Shown: positions 38,891 through 52,898 of the stretch, piece after piece
Position numbering within the stretch: the stretch's first letter is position 1
Layout: every line of letters starts with the position of its first letter
DNA from: the human T2T-CHM13v2.0 reference genome, Homo sapiens
NCBI RefSeq assembly: GCF_009914755.1
Contig: NC_060934.1
Direction: 5' to 3' (one strand)
DNA: 64,000 nucleotides
Made by a program: the position numbers and the translations under genes
Notes under the pieces: model-generated
Told to the model about the DNA's origin: nothing
The model's database searches: none
The model's input: the letters and a program-made list of their open reading frames with translations, nothing else

Positions 38891-41157
38891 ACATTTTTCA
38901 AAAGTGCCTTTTTTCTATATTGTGAATTCTTGTTTTTTAATGTCACAGAATCTTCAGAATCTTTGGATTTTTTTTTCTCTTCACTTATTAAGGAATGCAG
39001 AGATATCTCTCCAGGTCTGGTAAGTGGATATAAAGAGATTCGGTGAATTCCACCTTTCCTGGTGCTACAAAATGCTCATCTCATACATTAGGCCCGACTA
39101 GGAGTGGACATAAGTGTGTTCTAAGAGGCGAGCTGCTTCCACCTCAAGGGGTGGAGGGGGAGTGCTGGCCAATTCCAACAGGTGGATTCCTTTCTCAATA
39201 ATTTCCTTCCCCCAGTAATCTGTCAATTATCCCCTTTTCTAGCAGTGATCTAGCACCTTCTCTGCACAGTACCCACCACTGTGTGCTGAGCTTAAAAATA
39301 AGGCAATGATGGCTCTTGCCTGCATGGAGCTTAGATGACGGTAGAACAAACACATATTAAATAACTAATTACATAATTTAGTTGTACAGTTCAACAGCTC
39401 ATGAGAGCTACTACACAATGGGATAAGCTTTAATACCCAGCTTTCTGCTCTCCATCATGGCCTTTGCTGCTGGGACAAGGTATGGATTATTTTATTATTA
39501 TTATTATTATACATCATAGTATTTAAAGTGTGGGGATTCTTGATGGAAACAGAATTCCTTCCAGGACACTATAATCAGTCCGTAGCTTCAGTTAGGAGTT
39601 CTCTTCTCTGATGTATTTTTGCTTTGAGATGCTGTTGAACAAACCATGGGTCCTTCCACTGGAAGGCATTTTCCCAAAATTTTGATTGCGAGAGGAACGG
39701 TGTCTTCCAGTGGATGTTCCCTGGATGTGCCTGGTGTCACCTGCAGGTTCTGCTCCCACCTGGCCACTGCAAGGGGTATGCGGGGGGTGGGGCATCACAC
39801 ACACCTTTCATTGTTAGTTCCCTTTAGGACTTTTGGTGGTGTTTTGGTGAGATAAGTAAACAATGGAGCTGAAATCACCCTTTTCCTCAAATATTTTGCT
39901 ATTTTATTAAACTTAAGGGCATGCAGTCACCATCTCCATTGTTACCAAAGATGGTAACTTGGGAAGATTTCTAACAGAGCTGTAGAGAGGAAGTAACTGT
40001 GGACAGGAAGTTAGGGGATTGTGGTTCCTGTCCTGCCTTTTCCTCCACTAGCCCTTTGTCTCTTCCTTTCTCTGGGTCTCACTTCACTCTTTCTAAAAGG
40101 GGGTAGTTGATCTAGGTACTAAAACCAGAAAACGTCTGAAATATTTTGTAATTTATAGGATAAGGAGACTATTAGAATGAAAGTCTCATGTTGGGAGAAC
40201 AGAAGAGGAACAGAGCAGTCAGAAAAGGCAGAAAAGGGAGGGGAAGAGGGAAGGACAGCTGAAGCTAAAAGGCCACACCCAGAAAGAGGAGGAGCAGAGG
40301 AGTGGTGGTGGGTGGCACGCATGATTCCCAGTGGAAACAGCATGGAATGCTGATGCACTGGTGCATGGAATGTTTTAAGACAAAGGTCACACATTCTACA
40401 GAATCAAGGTTGATTGCCTTCCCATCTGCCTTGTTTCTGGTGGGACTGTCAGATGCATGATATCATCAATGACAATGGAAATGGTGTGTTATTCCTCCCT
40501 TGCCCTCTCTTTTGGCAATGCTTTGTGTTGGGACAAGGAGGCAACATTTTCCATTTACTGTAGATGCTTTACATCTGTCACTTCTGTGAGGGTTTGTCTT
40601 GCCCTTCATGGATGTTGCTGTGTTTGCTATAGAAAGTGGAGGTTTTGAATCAACATTTCTGTTAACCCAGGGATCATTGCTTTCAATACATAATTATTCA
40701 TTGTGCTCTATTAGAAAATCTTTTTATTTGCTAAAAATGTTTGAAAAAGAATATGCCCTAGAGTCTTTCTGCAGAACCATCCTGTTTTTCTGGTGCTGTC
40801 TGTTTGGCCTCCGTGGGGTGGTTGCTGGGTGCCTTTGTCTTTGCAGTGATTATGTAGATAGATGAGGATGGTGGGGGGATTTGGTGGTTCCTACGGTTAT
40901 GTTGTACTGCTCAGAAGGTCCCATGACCTAGACTGGGGAGCAGTAAGCTACTGAATAGTGTTCTTGACACTTGGAAGAGGCCTCAGCAAATGTGGTCAGT
41001 TAGTTTAGCCCTGGTCCCCAAGGGTAGCATCCCTTTCCTTGACTGGCTGCTTTCTCAAAGTGTGTGTCACTATCCCTGCTGTGCATGGATTGCTGAAACC
41101 CACCCTCCCTGGCTTTTCCCTGCAAATAGTTCTAGACTGACAGGCGGAAGGTGCAAG

Positions 41158-41601
41158 TGAGGCAGGGGAATAGGGCCCAGAGGCAGGGAACCTAAAGACT
41201 TCCCAGAACTAAATCAAATGGAAACACCTCAGCTATGAGAGAAATACCCTCTTTACATAGGGCATACGCGGAATAAATTACTTTGTACCTTTACTTGCTC
41301 CTCTTCATTTACATAGGGTGTAAACGAAGTAAGTAACTTTGTAATTTAACTTTAGCCTCTTCATTTACATGGGCATACACCAAGTAACCAATGGAAACAT
41401 CTAGAGGGTATTTAAACCCAGAAAATTCTGTAAGTAGGCCCTTGAGCCACTTGCTCAGCTCACTCCCACCCTTTGGAGTGTGATTTTGTTTTCAATAAGT
41501 CTCTGCTCTTGTTGCTTCATTCTTTCCTTGCTTTGTTTGTGTGTTTTGTCCAATTCTTTATTCAAAACGCCAAGAACCTGGACACCCTCCACCCAGTAAC
41601 A
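41158..41601 (+). mobile_element. ERV1 solo LTR of the MER51/MER83 group
   Basis: TG...CA termini (tgaggcaggggaataggg...gacaccctccacccagtaaca); internal CCAAT (aaccaatgg) and TATA-like gtatttaaa; flanks caag/ccag. Confidence 0.8.
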
Positions 41602-43049
41602 CCAGGACTTATGTGAACTTGGACACTCTCCTCCACTGCTTAGCTTGGGAGTGGGAGTTACTGTACCTCTCTTAAGCTCAGTTTCTCCATCTATGAAAAT
41701 GAGGTAGTCAATGGGGTCATTTCTAAAAATGTCTGTGATTCACCTTCCCTACTAATGTCTGTGATTCACCTTCCCTACAATGCTAAAGAAAGCCATTAGC
41801 AGTGTTAAATTTATATCACTATTTCTTCATGAAAGAGGAGATTGAAATAATTGTTTGGGAGGTGCATCATGTTGAGTCTGACAAGGCTGACCAGAAGGCC
41901 GGCCTGTTGACTAAGGCCAGTCAGACCTGAGTCTGCGATCTCTAAGCAGGGTCACTGCTCAGCAGAGGCAACTCTGTTCTGTATCTGACAACTGCACTCT
42001 AAGGAGATTTGAGCAAGAAGGGAAGCACAAGAGAGACAGAAATTAAAAATATGGAAAATAGAAAAGGCTGTTGAGAGAGAAAAATCAATGAAAGTCCAAC
42101 CATAGTTATACACAACTCACCTGTTCCCCAGATGATGGACTTTCTCGGTTTTAGGGAAATTTGTATGCAACCAATTCACATCAGAAGCTTTAAAAAGCCA
42201 TTAATTTCGGCATTATTTTTCTATTTCAAAACCAAAGTGAGGATTATAAACAGTTTAAAGAGCTTTAAAATGCTAGCACCGTTCATCAGAGACCCCAGTG
42301 AATACCCAGAAGAATATGAAAATGGACAAGGTTCTGTTTCATTCCTGAAAGCTCCCTGAACCTTCTACTTTTTCATGCCTTGATGTTGGTGCCTATGAAA
42401 AGCAACTGTCCCCTGAGGTTCCCGTAAGGGGCTTCAATGGAAGTCAAGCAGAGTGGGTGAAGGAACAACACTGACTTGAGTTCTCTCTGTGTTTCTGATG
42501 GTAGGAAAAAAACTTCTAGATTATCTCACAAACACATAGAAAACATAAAAAGAGGCAAAATTATGCAGAAGCATATAAATTATGTAGATGATGGAAAGCC
42601 TATGCAAAACATGATATGTGCACATAATAGCATATTTCCCCTGGGGCTAATTGCATCCTTTGGGTACCTTTTGAAGCATCTGAATATTCAGAAGAAAGCA
42701 AATTTATTATAATTTGAAAAATACCACAATAAATAAGGCTGAAAGAATAACGCACATTGTATTGGAAAGGGGAAACTCACAATCTGGCCATTTCCCCCAG
42801 TTTGACCAAAGCGTGGAGCTACCGAATGCAGTCAAACCTTGGTGATACGATTCATGGGAGTGTTTCTTTTTCTTCCATAGTTTCTTCTCCCAGGTAGACA
42901 AGTTGTGCAAAATCCATTCACTCATTCAACAAATATTGATCTGTCGCCATGACAGCATTCCTTCACATTTTTACCATCCAAAAAATATTTCCTGAGACCT
43001 GTAACATGCCCAGCAGTGAGCTATCCCTTGGTGGAGCTTGTGACATAGT

Positions 43050-43475
43050 ATGACAGAGAGGCTGAAGGAAGGGAGAAAGACCACATGTAGGAGAACTAAC
43101 AGGGGCTGTTTATTCAGAGCTCAGAGCTATGGCAAGGGGGTTGGCCACTGTCACTTGTGTCTGGCAGAGACTCCAAGGCAGGCGGAGGAGTGGGGAAGCT
43201 TTGTGATGGAAACGGAGGCTCCAGGGGCAGCCTGGGTGTGGGCTGTTAGCCTCGGAGAGCTGAAGGGCACTCATTAGAAGAAGATCCATTTGGGGAGCAC
43301 ATTTGGCTTTCCCTGGCTGGTCCTGAGTTGGAAACAGGAGTAAAAATAAAGGAAATTGACAGATATCAACAAAGTCTTTAGCGTTTGCGGCCAACTGCTA
43401 CAGAGGTTGAGGGTTAGAGTTCTATTTTTATAGATGGTTTGGCCATTGTTTGTTTTCTGTTCAGTTTCCTAAGTC
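43050..43475 (-). mobile_element. MER31-like ERV1 LTR
   Basis: tttattcagagc...ctatggcaagggggttggccactgtcacttgtgtctggcagagactccaaggcaggcggaggagtggggaagcttt. Confidence 0.6.
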
Positions 43476-43564
43476 TAATCACCTGATAATTACTTGTGGG
43501 GCTTTGAAGGCACAGGAGAGGGCCTCCTGCAAAGGACGGAGCCAACGTGGTGTATCCAAGGCCT

Positions 43565-44022
43565 CGTATTAGTCAGCTCCAGCTGCCGTAACAAAGTGCC
43601 ACAGATGGGGGCTTCAACAACACAAATTGTTTGTCTCACAGAGGCCAGAAGTCCAAGATCAAGGAGTCTGCAGAGTTAGTCCCTTCTGAGCACCCTGAAG
43701 GAGTAGCTGGAATGCGTGGATGGTTTTAAATCTAGATCTATTCCAAGCCCATCTTCTGGCTTCTCACAGCCTCAGGCGTCCGATCCTTGGCTTGTACATG
43801 CTGTCACCCTGTGTCTTGCCATCATCTTCCCTCTATGCATGTTATCTTTGTGGCCAAATGTCCTCTTATAATAAGGACACTAGTTATATTGAATTAGAGC
43901 TCATTCTAGTGGCCTCATCTTAACTTGATCATCTGCAAGAAATGCAAATAAGGTCACATTCACAGGTCTTGGGGGTTAGGACTCCAACATTACTTCATGG
44001 ACCCAATTCCACCCACAGTCCA
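43565..44022 (-). mobile_element. MLT1C-like MaLR LTR
   Basis: tattagtcagctccagctgccgtaacaaagtgccacaga...ccagaagtccaagatcaagg...aataaggtcacattcacagg. Confidence 0.8.
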
Positions 44023-44838
44023 CCGAAAGGGAGTTTGCCCAGTTAGGGCCTGGAGTTCAAGGCAGACGAGCCTAGAGGAGCAGGAGGGGCCTGAAGGACC
44101 CTCTCTCCTCTAAGGGTGGTGCAGTGTGGTCACTTGAGAGCTGGCAGGAAGCATAGGATCCCCAGACACCCTGGAACAATTCTACCGGAATCTGCATTTA
44201 AGGGGTCCCTGCCATCCCCATGACTTAATTTGTCTACTTAAACAGGTTAAGAAGTCTTAATGGAGATACTGTACGGAACTTGGGAAAACTAGGAAATCGT
44301 TTTGAGCAGGGACTGGGCTGGCACTTTTTAAAAAGTCAGTTCTTGTACTTAGCACTGCAAAATAGTTTGTATCTATGAAGGATATTCTATCCTAAACCAG
44401 CATTCTTCATTAGAACTATTTGAAACTTTTCACCCATAAGAGCTGGGTGGGGACCTTCCCTCCCCCACTCGGATCACCAAGGACAGCTGGAATAGGGAAT
44501 CACGAAAACACGACATGTCGGTGTCTTCAGGATATTTACAAAGAGCAGTGCACACAGAGTCGATGCTGTCCATCTCAGGAGCTTGCTCTTTGTACCTGAG
44601 TTAGACACAGTCCGAGATTTAAAACCATCCATGCATTTCATCCGAGGAGTGGGAGAAATCTGCCTTGCCAGTTGAATTTTAGAGGACATTTCAAAAGAAG
44701 CACCTGAGGAAAGGAGCCACCTTCCCTCAGAATTTCCCATCCACTCATCCTGCCCCCAACTCTTCCAGGCTGTGAGAGTCTAGGCCAAAACTGGCGGCCA
44801 GATGGAGTTGTCTCCAGCCACCTCTCCTTAATGGCATA

Positions 44839-46035
44839 CAGCCATGTTCTGAATGACGATGTTTTGGCGAACCACTGACCACATGTACTGTGGTAGGTCT
44901 CATAAGATTAAAATGGAGCTGAAAAATTCCTATCACCTAGCAACGTCATGGTCATCAGAACACAGCACAACACATTGGTCATGTGTTTGTGGCAATGCTG
45001 GTGTAAACAAACCCGCTGCACTGCCAGTCAGGTAAAAGTGCAGCACAAATGATGTCCAGTACCTAATCCTTGATAATGATGATAAACGACTATGTTACTG
45101 GTTTATGCATTTACTATACTATACTTTTTGTTGTTATTTTAGAGTGTACTCCTATTTATTAAAAGAAAAGTTAACTGTGAAGCAGCCTCAGGCAGGTACT
45201 TCAGGTGTTCCAGAAGAGGCCATTGTTATCAAAGTCTTCTGTGACGGGTTTGCAGCTCCATGTCTCTTATTGCCCCTGAAGAACTTCCAGTGGGACAGGA
45301 CGTGGAGGTGGAAGACAGGGATATTGATGATCCTGACCCCGTGTAGGCCTAGGCTAATGTGTGTGTCTGTGTCTTAGTTTTTAACAAAAAAGTTTAAAAA
45401 GTAAAAATAAAATAAAATAAGAATAGAAAAAAGCTTTTAGAATAAGGCTATAAAGAAAGAAAATATTTTTGTATAGCTGTATGATGTGTTTGTGTTTTAA
45501 GCTAAGTGTTATAACAAAAGAGTCAAAAAATTAAAAAGTTTATAAGGTATAAAAGCTTACAGTAAGCTAAGGTGAGTTTATTATTAATGAAAGAATTCTT
45601 TCAAATAAATTAAGTGTGGCTTAATAGTGCAGTGTTTATAAAGTCTAAAATAGTTTACAGTCATGTCCTAGGCCTTCACGTTCACTCACCACTCACTCAC
45701 TGACTCACCCAGAGCAACTTCCAGTCCTGCAGGCTCCGTTCATGGTAAGTGCCCTACACAGGTGCACCATTTTTTCTTTTCTACCATTTACCTTTTCTAG
45801 GTTTAGATACACAAATACTTACCATTGTGTTACAATTGCCTACAGTGTTCAATACAGTAACACATTGTACAGGTATGTAGTCTGAAGCAATAGACTATAC
45901 CATATGGCCTAGGTATGTAGTAGGCAATGCCATCTAGGTTTGTGTAACTTCACTCTGAGATGTTCACAAAAAGATTCAATCACCTAGCAACGTATTTCTC
46001 AGAATGTGTCCCCATCATTAAGTGAGTATGTGGAG
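44839..46035 (+). mobile_element. Tigger3b-like (MER7B) TcMar-Tigger DNA transposon, ~1.2 kb
   Basis: TA-cagccatg start; gtctcataagattaaaatggagctgaaaaattcctatcacctag; cactcaccactcactcactgactcacccagagcaacttccagtcctgc; end ttctcagaatgtgtccccatcattaag. Confidence 0.88.
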
Positions 46036-48867
46036 AAGTATGTGCATACATATACACATATACTTGTGTATGCGTGCACACACACACACACATACACACT
46101 GTCTTTGCTGATTTACACTTGAATCAGAAGCTTAAGTGAAGCATAAAAATGTCTAGGCAAGCCATGGTTGGTTTACCGTTGTTCCAGGGTTGAGATCTCA
46201 AGATGACCGTGTTTTCTGGGTGCAGGTGAATGACTCCTCCTTGTCCCACTTGGTCGGGCTGGCTGTTAGCATCCAGGGTGAACATTCCTGATGCTTTTCA
46301 GTGGACAAGAGAGCTGATGGCCTCTGTGATAGTTGATGGCCCCACAAATGGGCCATGGCTTTACACAGCCAGTGCCGCCTGCAGAGAGTGGAATTTTCCA
46401 GGCAGTGATGATAAACAGACCCTCACTGCTTGAAGATCAGAAAAGGTACTTAAGGTTCTCCTCATCTTGGAGCAAATGTCTGCCTGCAGAGGCTGGGAAG
46501 TTAATTAATCAACAGCTGACATTTAGCTGTGAATGTCCTTGGTCACTGGCAAAGAGAAAGCAGAGCCCTGTGTACTAGGAACCCTGTGTGCATGAAGCCT
46601 TGTGTGCACACACAGCCCTGTGTGCACACATAGCCAACGCTGTGCGCACAGAGCTGTGGGCTGTGAGAGTACAGGCAGATCCTGATTCTACTGCTTCTCT
46701 GATGGAAACCAGGCAGCATAACTCAGTCCAGAATTATTGATGACATACCTTAAAAAAAAAAGGCTGAAGCCTTTCTCTGAGGAGCTCGAATGTCCCCAAA
46801 GTAAAAAGCTTGACTACTTCTTCCTTTCCAGTTGTGATGAAAATGGGGATTAGTGGGATGTTAGAGGCAAAACCTCATCTATGAAGTTATGAATGAATAA
46901 TTCTAATTTCTTTCTGAGTTCTGAGAAATCAGTTTGTTTTACATAGAAATGCAATATGTTCTTGATCTCTATGTATGCGATTAGAATTTTTCCCTCTACT
47001 TGGTATTTGTTTCGTTACCGAATGAAATTTTGAGCTTATATTTTTGGATATATTTCACCTCATGCATTTCAATGTCTGTTTTCTCCAAATCTCTGCTTCT
47101 AAAGAACACTTCAACCCTATCTTTTTTTCATACTAGCTTTAGAATGTGGAGAAGTAGGTGGAGATGCTTTCTTTAAGATTCCGACTCTCATTGGAGCAGA
47201 CACTCCACCATCTCATGAATGTATTTGGAGGAATGTGCCAATTTTTAAGATAAATGATGATTGCTTAGTGCCGCTAAGAAAAAATGGAATTGCCATGCCG
47301 GCCTCAGCATCAACGTGTAGATGAGGTTCATAGGGTGGCAGCGCAACAATGTTGAAAATATCCACTGTAAGAAGGACAATCAAGGTGACAAGTCCAGAAC
47401 GAATGGGGGTTTCAGAAGGGAGTAGGCATTCTGGGTTGTAAAAGGAATCAGACTGCTCTGGGATCAGAGGGAATGAGGCATAGTGGGCGGATGGTGGGAG
47501 CAGGAGGAGGGAGCAGGTTGTCAGTGTGGGCTCTGGGAGCTGTCCATTGTGGCAGGAGCTGGGCCTGAGTGGGGAGAAAGCAGGGAGGGACCTGAGAGCA
47601 GACCAGCCAAGACTCAGGACTCAGGGCACCAGCAGAACTGGGGCACAGCAACAAACACACTACAGCCCTGATAAGTTCGTCCACCATCTCATAGTCAGGA
47701 AATCTGGGAGCAAAGATATTTTAATTTCAGCATCCATGTGTTTTACTTTTTTAGAGTCACAAGGGTGCCCAGGGGCTAGTGGAGTGCCATCTTGTTACCA
47801 GGTCCTGGAATCTGTAGGGAGGATGTGTCTGTGGTCTGTAGGTGAAATGGATGAGGGTGGGAGCTACAGGGGCTCCTGGAAAGCAGAAGCCTGATATAGC
47901 GGCAGCAGTGATCAGAGAGGCCCGCCAGGTGGATGAGTTTTGCATTGAAAAGCATTGTGATCCACCTCGCCATTGTCCAGAGGTAGATTATCCAATTTGT
48001 GACTCCCAAATCTATTTCTTCTCCCACTGCACTCTTTGGCCACTGCCCTGTTTATTAGCACCTCTGCCAGAGGAAGGGGAAATTGGGAAAAGGCAGTTGA
48101 TCTATATTTCAGCAGCCTACTTGGCTCAGGGGGGCAAAAGCACTGTGCTAATGAAGCCAAGGTCAAAGGTAGAAGCCCCAGGTGGGCCAGTTAGTTGGGC
48201 TACCTTAGACGGCCTCAGACTAGAGCCCCATCTTGGCCGACTGGTCTGCATGTACATTTCTGCTGGCTGAGAAAGAAGTGGGTGACTCACTGGCATAAAT
48301 TTGTGCCATCAGAAAAAATAACCCAGTGAGGTGGCTGGTGGTTTATAGCACCCTCTCCTGGTCCCTAGAGCACCAATGTGGGTGGCTTCTGTCGGAAGAT
48401 GTGGGTGGTACATTTGGGTGTGATTTGTAGAATCCGTGTATTCTCAATCACCACAGGTGATTGGACTTTGCAGTCAGTAGATTTTTCTAAAGAGTTTCAA
48501 TATTTAATAAGCTGTGTGCCATGTGTATCAACCAGGACAGCCTGATTGGTCCCTCTCTCTCTGCCATTAACTCTTTTCAGAATGACCCTGCCTTTTGCAC
48601 TGAGAGAGAGGAGATTTCATTTGGGAGGATGCAGTCCACATCTTTATATGTATGCATGTTCTTATTGAAGAAGAATGTATTTATTAAGCTCTTACTGTAC
48701 ACCAGGCATTCTCCATGAATTAAGACCTTATAGGTTGAGAATTGGTAAATTCTAAAAGATAACTACATTGGCAACCTTTTTAAGTAATTAAATGGGTTGG
48801 TTCTTATCAGAAAAGTGTAGGTTCTGTTAATAATCACGGGATTGTGATGAATCCATAGAAGACCTAA

Positions 48868-49230
48868 TATAGTTAATTCTCACATTGTTATAAAGATACT
48901 ACATGAGACTGGGTGCTTCGTAGACAGAAGAGATTTAATTGAGTCACAATTCCACATGGCTGCAGAGGCCTCAGGAAACTCATAATCATGGCAGAAGGCA
49001 AAGGGGAAGCAAGGCACATCTTACATGGGGGCAGGAGAGAGAGAGGGCGCAGGGGAAACTGTCATTTTTAAAACCATCTGATCTCGTGAGAACTCCTTCA
49101 CTATCATGAGACCAGCACGGGGGAAACCACCCATGTGATTCAATGACCTCTCACCAGGTCCCTCCTTTGACATGTGGGGATTACAATTCAAGATGAGATT
49201 TGGGTGGGGACACAGAGCCAAACCACATCA
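48868..49230 (-). mobile_element. THE1/MST MaLR solo LTR
   Basis: Full LTR text; 5-bp TSD cctaa at 48863-48867 and 49231-49235. Confidence 0.92.
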
Positions 49231-52200
49231 CCTAATATTGCTGAATGTGGGCAATATAGAAATGTTTGGTAGCTTTAGGCCAGGTTTATACAAGTTGTAT
49301 CAAAGCCCAGTTGCCAAGTCTCTGACGGCCAGGTGGTGTTTGCACACACGGAAAGATTTGGCAGGCAAACAGCACAAGACAGGTTGAACACAGTCAAATA
49401 CCTGGATGTTTAAAAAATGATCAGTATCTCTTTCACCCCAACATATTTTGTGTTGAGAGACACTTATAAGGTGAAATGTTTTCTGAAAATATCTTTCTTG
49501 TTACAACTGAGTGACACCACCATTATGTCTTGCTTGCTCCAACAGCAAACGAACCATGACCATCTTCACGTTGTCTGTGATTATTCCTTAGCATCTGTAG
49601 GGATAAGAGGTGTTAACAGAACATCCAAGGATCATGTGAGCATGGTTTCAATAATATGCAAAGATTTTAAGCCTCTGTCCTTTAAGGGCCAGGAAAAGAG
49701 CATTTAAACCTTTTAAATTTTGGTGAAGAGGTAATCAGAACTGAGCTGAAGGGAAATAATGTTCTTCATCAAAGGGAGAGAAGTTTGTCTCATTTTTACT
49801 AAATCATGACTATTGTGCGGTGCTTGGGGGAGTGAGGGCCATTGTTTCGATTTGTTGGATAGAATGAAAGAAAAGGGAAAAGAGAGGCTGAATGGCAATG
49901 GAGGATGTGACTTTAGACTGAGCACAGGTGTCTGCAGAAGAGAGGCATAGGGAGCATAAACGCAACTTAAAAACTGAGTGCACGGATAGTCCAGAAGGTT
50001 CTTCTCCTCATCGTTTGTAGGGTCAGCTAGTGGGCAGCTGTCTTCACCCATCCTCATGGAGACAGCTTCCTCTCTGTACATGCCAAAGTTGGCTTAGGCC
50101 TGGCTGAATGACCTCATGCCTTGAGCAAGCGGGGGTGGTCCCCTTTGCAGCTGACCAAGGGGAGGTGCCCAGAGGTCCCTCGTTTAGCAGTGCACCTCTT
50201 CCTGCATGGTTCCTGGTACCCCAGAGGCTGAAAGATGCTCCATTATCCTTCTAGAATTTTGGGAAGTAACTGTGGATCAGCCAGTGAATACTGAATAGTA
50301 AAATAAAATATAATAAAATAAGCCGTGACTCTTTCCCACTGTGAATTTTGGATCACAAGTTGCAAAGATCAAGCCCAGATCAAGCCTGCAGCAATCCCAG
50401 GGTCTGATGCAGGACTGGACTATGTCTGTCTTCAGGAATGTTTGTAGTTCCAAAGCTCACAAGGGAGTGTGTCACAGAGACCGTGTCGAGAAGGAGAAGG
50501 GAGATGGGTCACTTTTTCCTCCTGAAGGGGGAAAAAAATGCAACAAAACCTCCGGCAGGATTTTCATTTCCCTTTCATAGACATTTTGTTTTTTTTCATT
50601 AGTTTTTTTCTCCAGGGAGGCAGCCAGAGTGGGCAAAGGGAAATATGTAGGGGAAATAGCCTTGCTGAGATTAAACAAATCTCTGCTGCCGTGTGTCCAT
50701 CTGCCCGTCCATCTGTGAATAACCTGTAATTATTAATAATATGAGTGATGTCATGAACATTCTGGCAAGAATGCCGAGCCCCAGAGACCACTCTGGAACC
50801 CGTCAGCACAGGACAAAGCCGGGAGAATGATCGGCCGTGTTTGCACTGAGCTGAGGATAAATCTGGCTGGCTGGTGTGCGCCGCGCCTGCCAAACCCTCT
50901 CGGCAGTAGGACCAGAGCATATTGGGTTTTCTCATAAACTTCCGATGAGATCAGATTGGCGGCATCTCAAAGGAACACCTCTTATATAAAAAAAGGTTGA
51001 GTACACAATCCAGCAAAAAATGTCATTAAAAGGACACATGGTGCTGAGTGGGACAACCTTAAAATCACTGAAAATGGAGCGTTTAAAAGAGCACTGGAGG
51101 GACACATCCAAGAAGATGACAAAGGGGGATGGGGGGAAATATTAGAGACATTTACCCTGGGCCGTGTTTCTGTTTTCCATGAAAATACTCATGAAATCAT
51201 ATGGGGGGATGGAGAGAAAAAAAAGAAAAGAAATTCTCAGTAAAAGCCACCCCTAAAAGAGCTAGGACTCCAGAATATTCCAGAAATCACTCTATGGCAT
51301 TTCACACTGGTGGTTGACCTGAATAACTGGCACCAGTGCAAACCAATGCCTCAGGCTGTGGTGCAGGAAGTTTCTGATTGGGGCAGGTGGGGGCCGATGG
51401 GCAGGTGCCAGCGGGGTGGGAGCCCTCAGCCATGGGCTGTGAACAGGCTTCGGACCCCTATGTGGCTTCACTGTGGGGCTTTAGTCATCTGAGTGGAGCT
51501 GTGCAATAGCAGGGGTCTTTGTTGGTGTTGTTCATTATGATATCTCTAGCTCCTAGAATAAGAGCACTATAGCAGGTGCTCAACAGACATTTCCTAAATG
51601 TGTTACTTTATGGCGACTCCGTTACAGATGTCTAAGAGCATATTTGTGTCTGGCACAAGTATCTGGTCCAATTCCGGAAGCTACTGGCCAGGGGCTGGGT
51701 AGTGGGGGTGGAGGTATTAGAAAGAAAGAGACGCACCACCTCCATGTGATGTGGACATCACACATGGCCCACTCCTCAGGCCATAGGATTCTGCTGAACG
51801 GCTCCTTACACAAGTGTCTGCCTTACTGCACCATGGTGTCCACCCTTGGCTGTTTACCATGTTGTTAACTCAGTACCAGGATGATTCACAGCTGCCTCCC
51901 AAACAGCCTGGTCTCTCTGTGTTGGAAAGAACAGTGGATTCCATTGCAAAAGTTGTCTTGTTTCAAAGAAAACAAAAAGCAGGAGAAGTATAAAGACGAA
52001 GGTCATTCTGGAATGGATCTCCCACAGGAAGCCTGAGAGTTTGGCAAAGGACCCTGATCCACTCCCAGGAAGAGGGAAGGCAACGTGGCAACCATGAGAC
52101 CAAAATAGTGTAGGCTGCACTCTGCCAGTGAAGTCAAATTGCTCTTGAAAACATGAAAATTAGGATTGATGCTGTCGAGCAATAGACATTCCAAACATAC

Positions 52201-52249
52201 ACTCCTAACCACAACAATAATGAAAAAATAAAAATAAAAATGAAAGCAA

Positions 52250-52450
52250 GAATGGCTAGCTTGTTTTAAGCAGCTTTGCCAGGTGTTTTACACGTATCAT
52301 TTCATTTAATATCCACAGCAACCCTACAAGGTAAAAGCCATTACTATCCCAAGTTTGTAGATAAGAAACTGAGATTTGGAGATTAAGTATGTTGCCAATG
52401 TCACAAATCTAGGCAGTGGTGGGGCCAGAATTACAAAACAGGTCATACTG
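52250..52450 (-). mobile_element. MIR SINE
   Basis: tcatttaatatccacagcaaccctacaaggta...tagataagaaactgagatttggagattaagtatgttgccaatgtcaca. Confidence 0.8.
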
Positions 52451-52554
52451 AAACATATAGGTGAAGGCATTGCCTCTAGAATGTAGAAGAAACTACAAAG
52501 AGATAAAATGTAAGAAAATATGACAGACACGTAGTGTAGAACTCTGAGGTTCTT

Positions 52555-52898
<344 letters not shown>

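Noticed and set aside
44430-44596. Minus-strand open frame YKEQAPEMDSIDSVCTALCKYPEDTDMSCFRDSLFQ after a CAG
   Set aside because: No polypyrimidine tract, no clear donor, no known protein match
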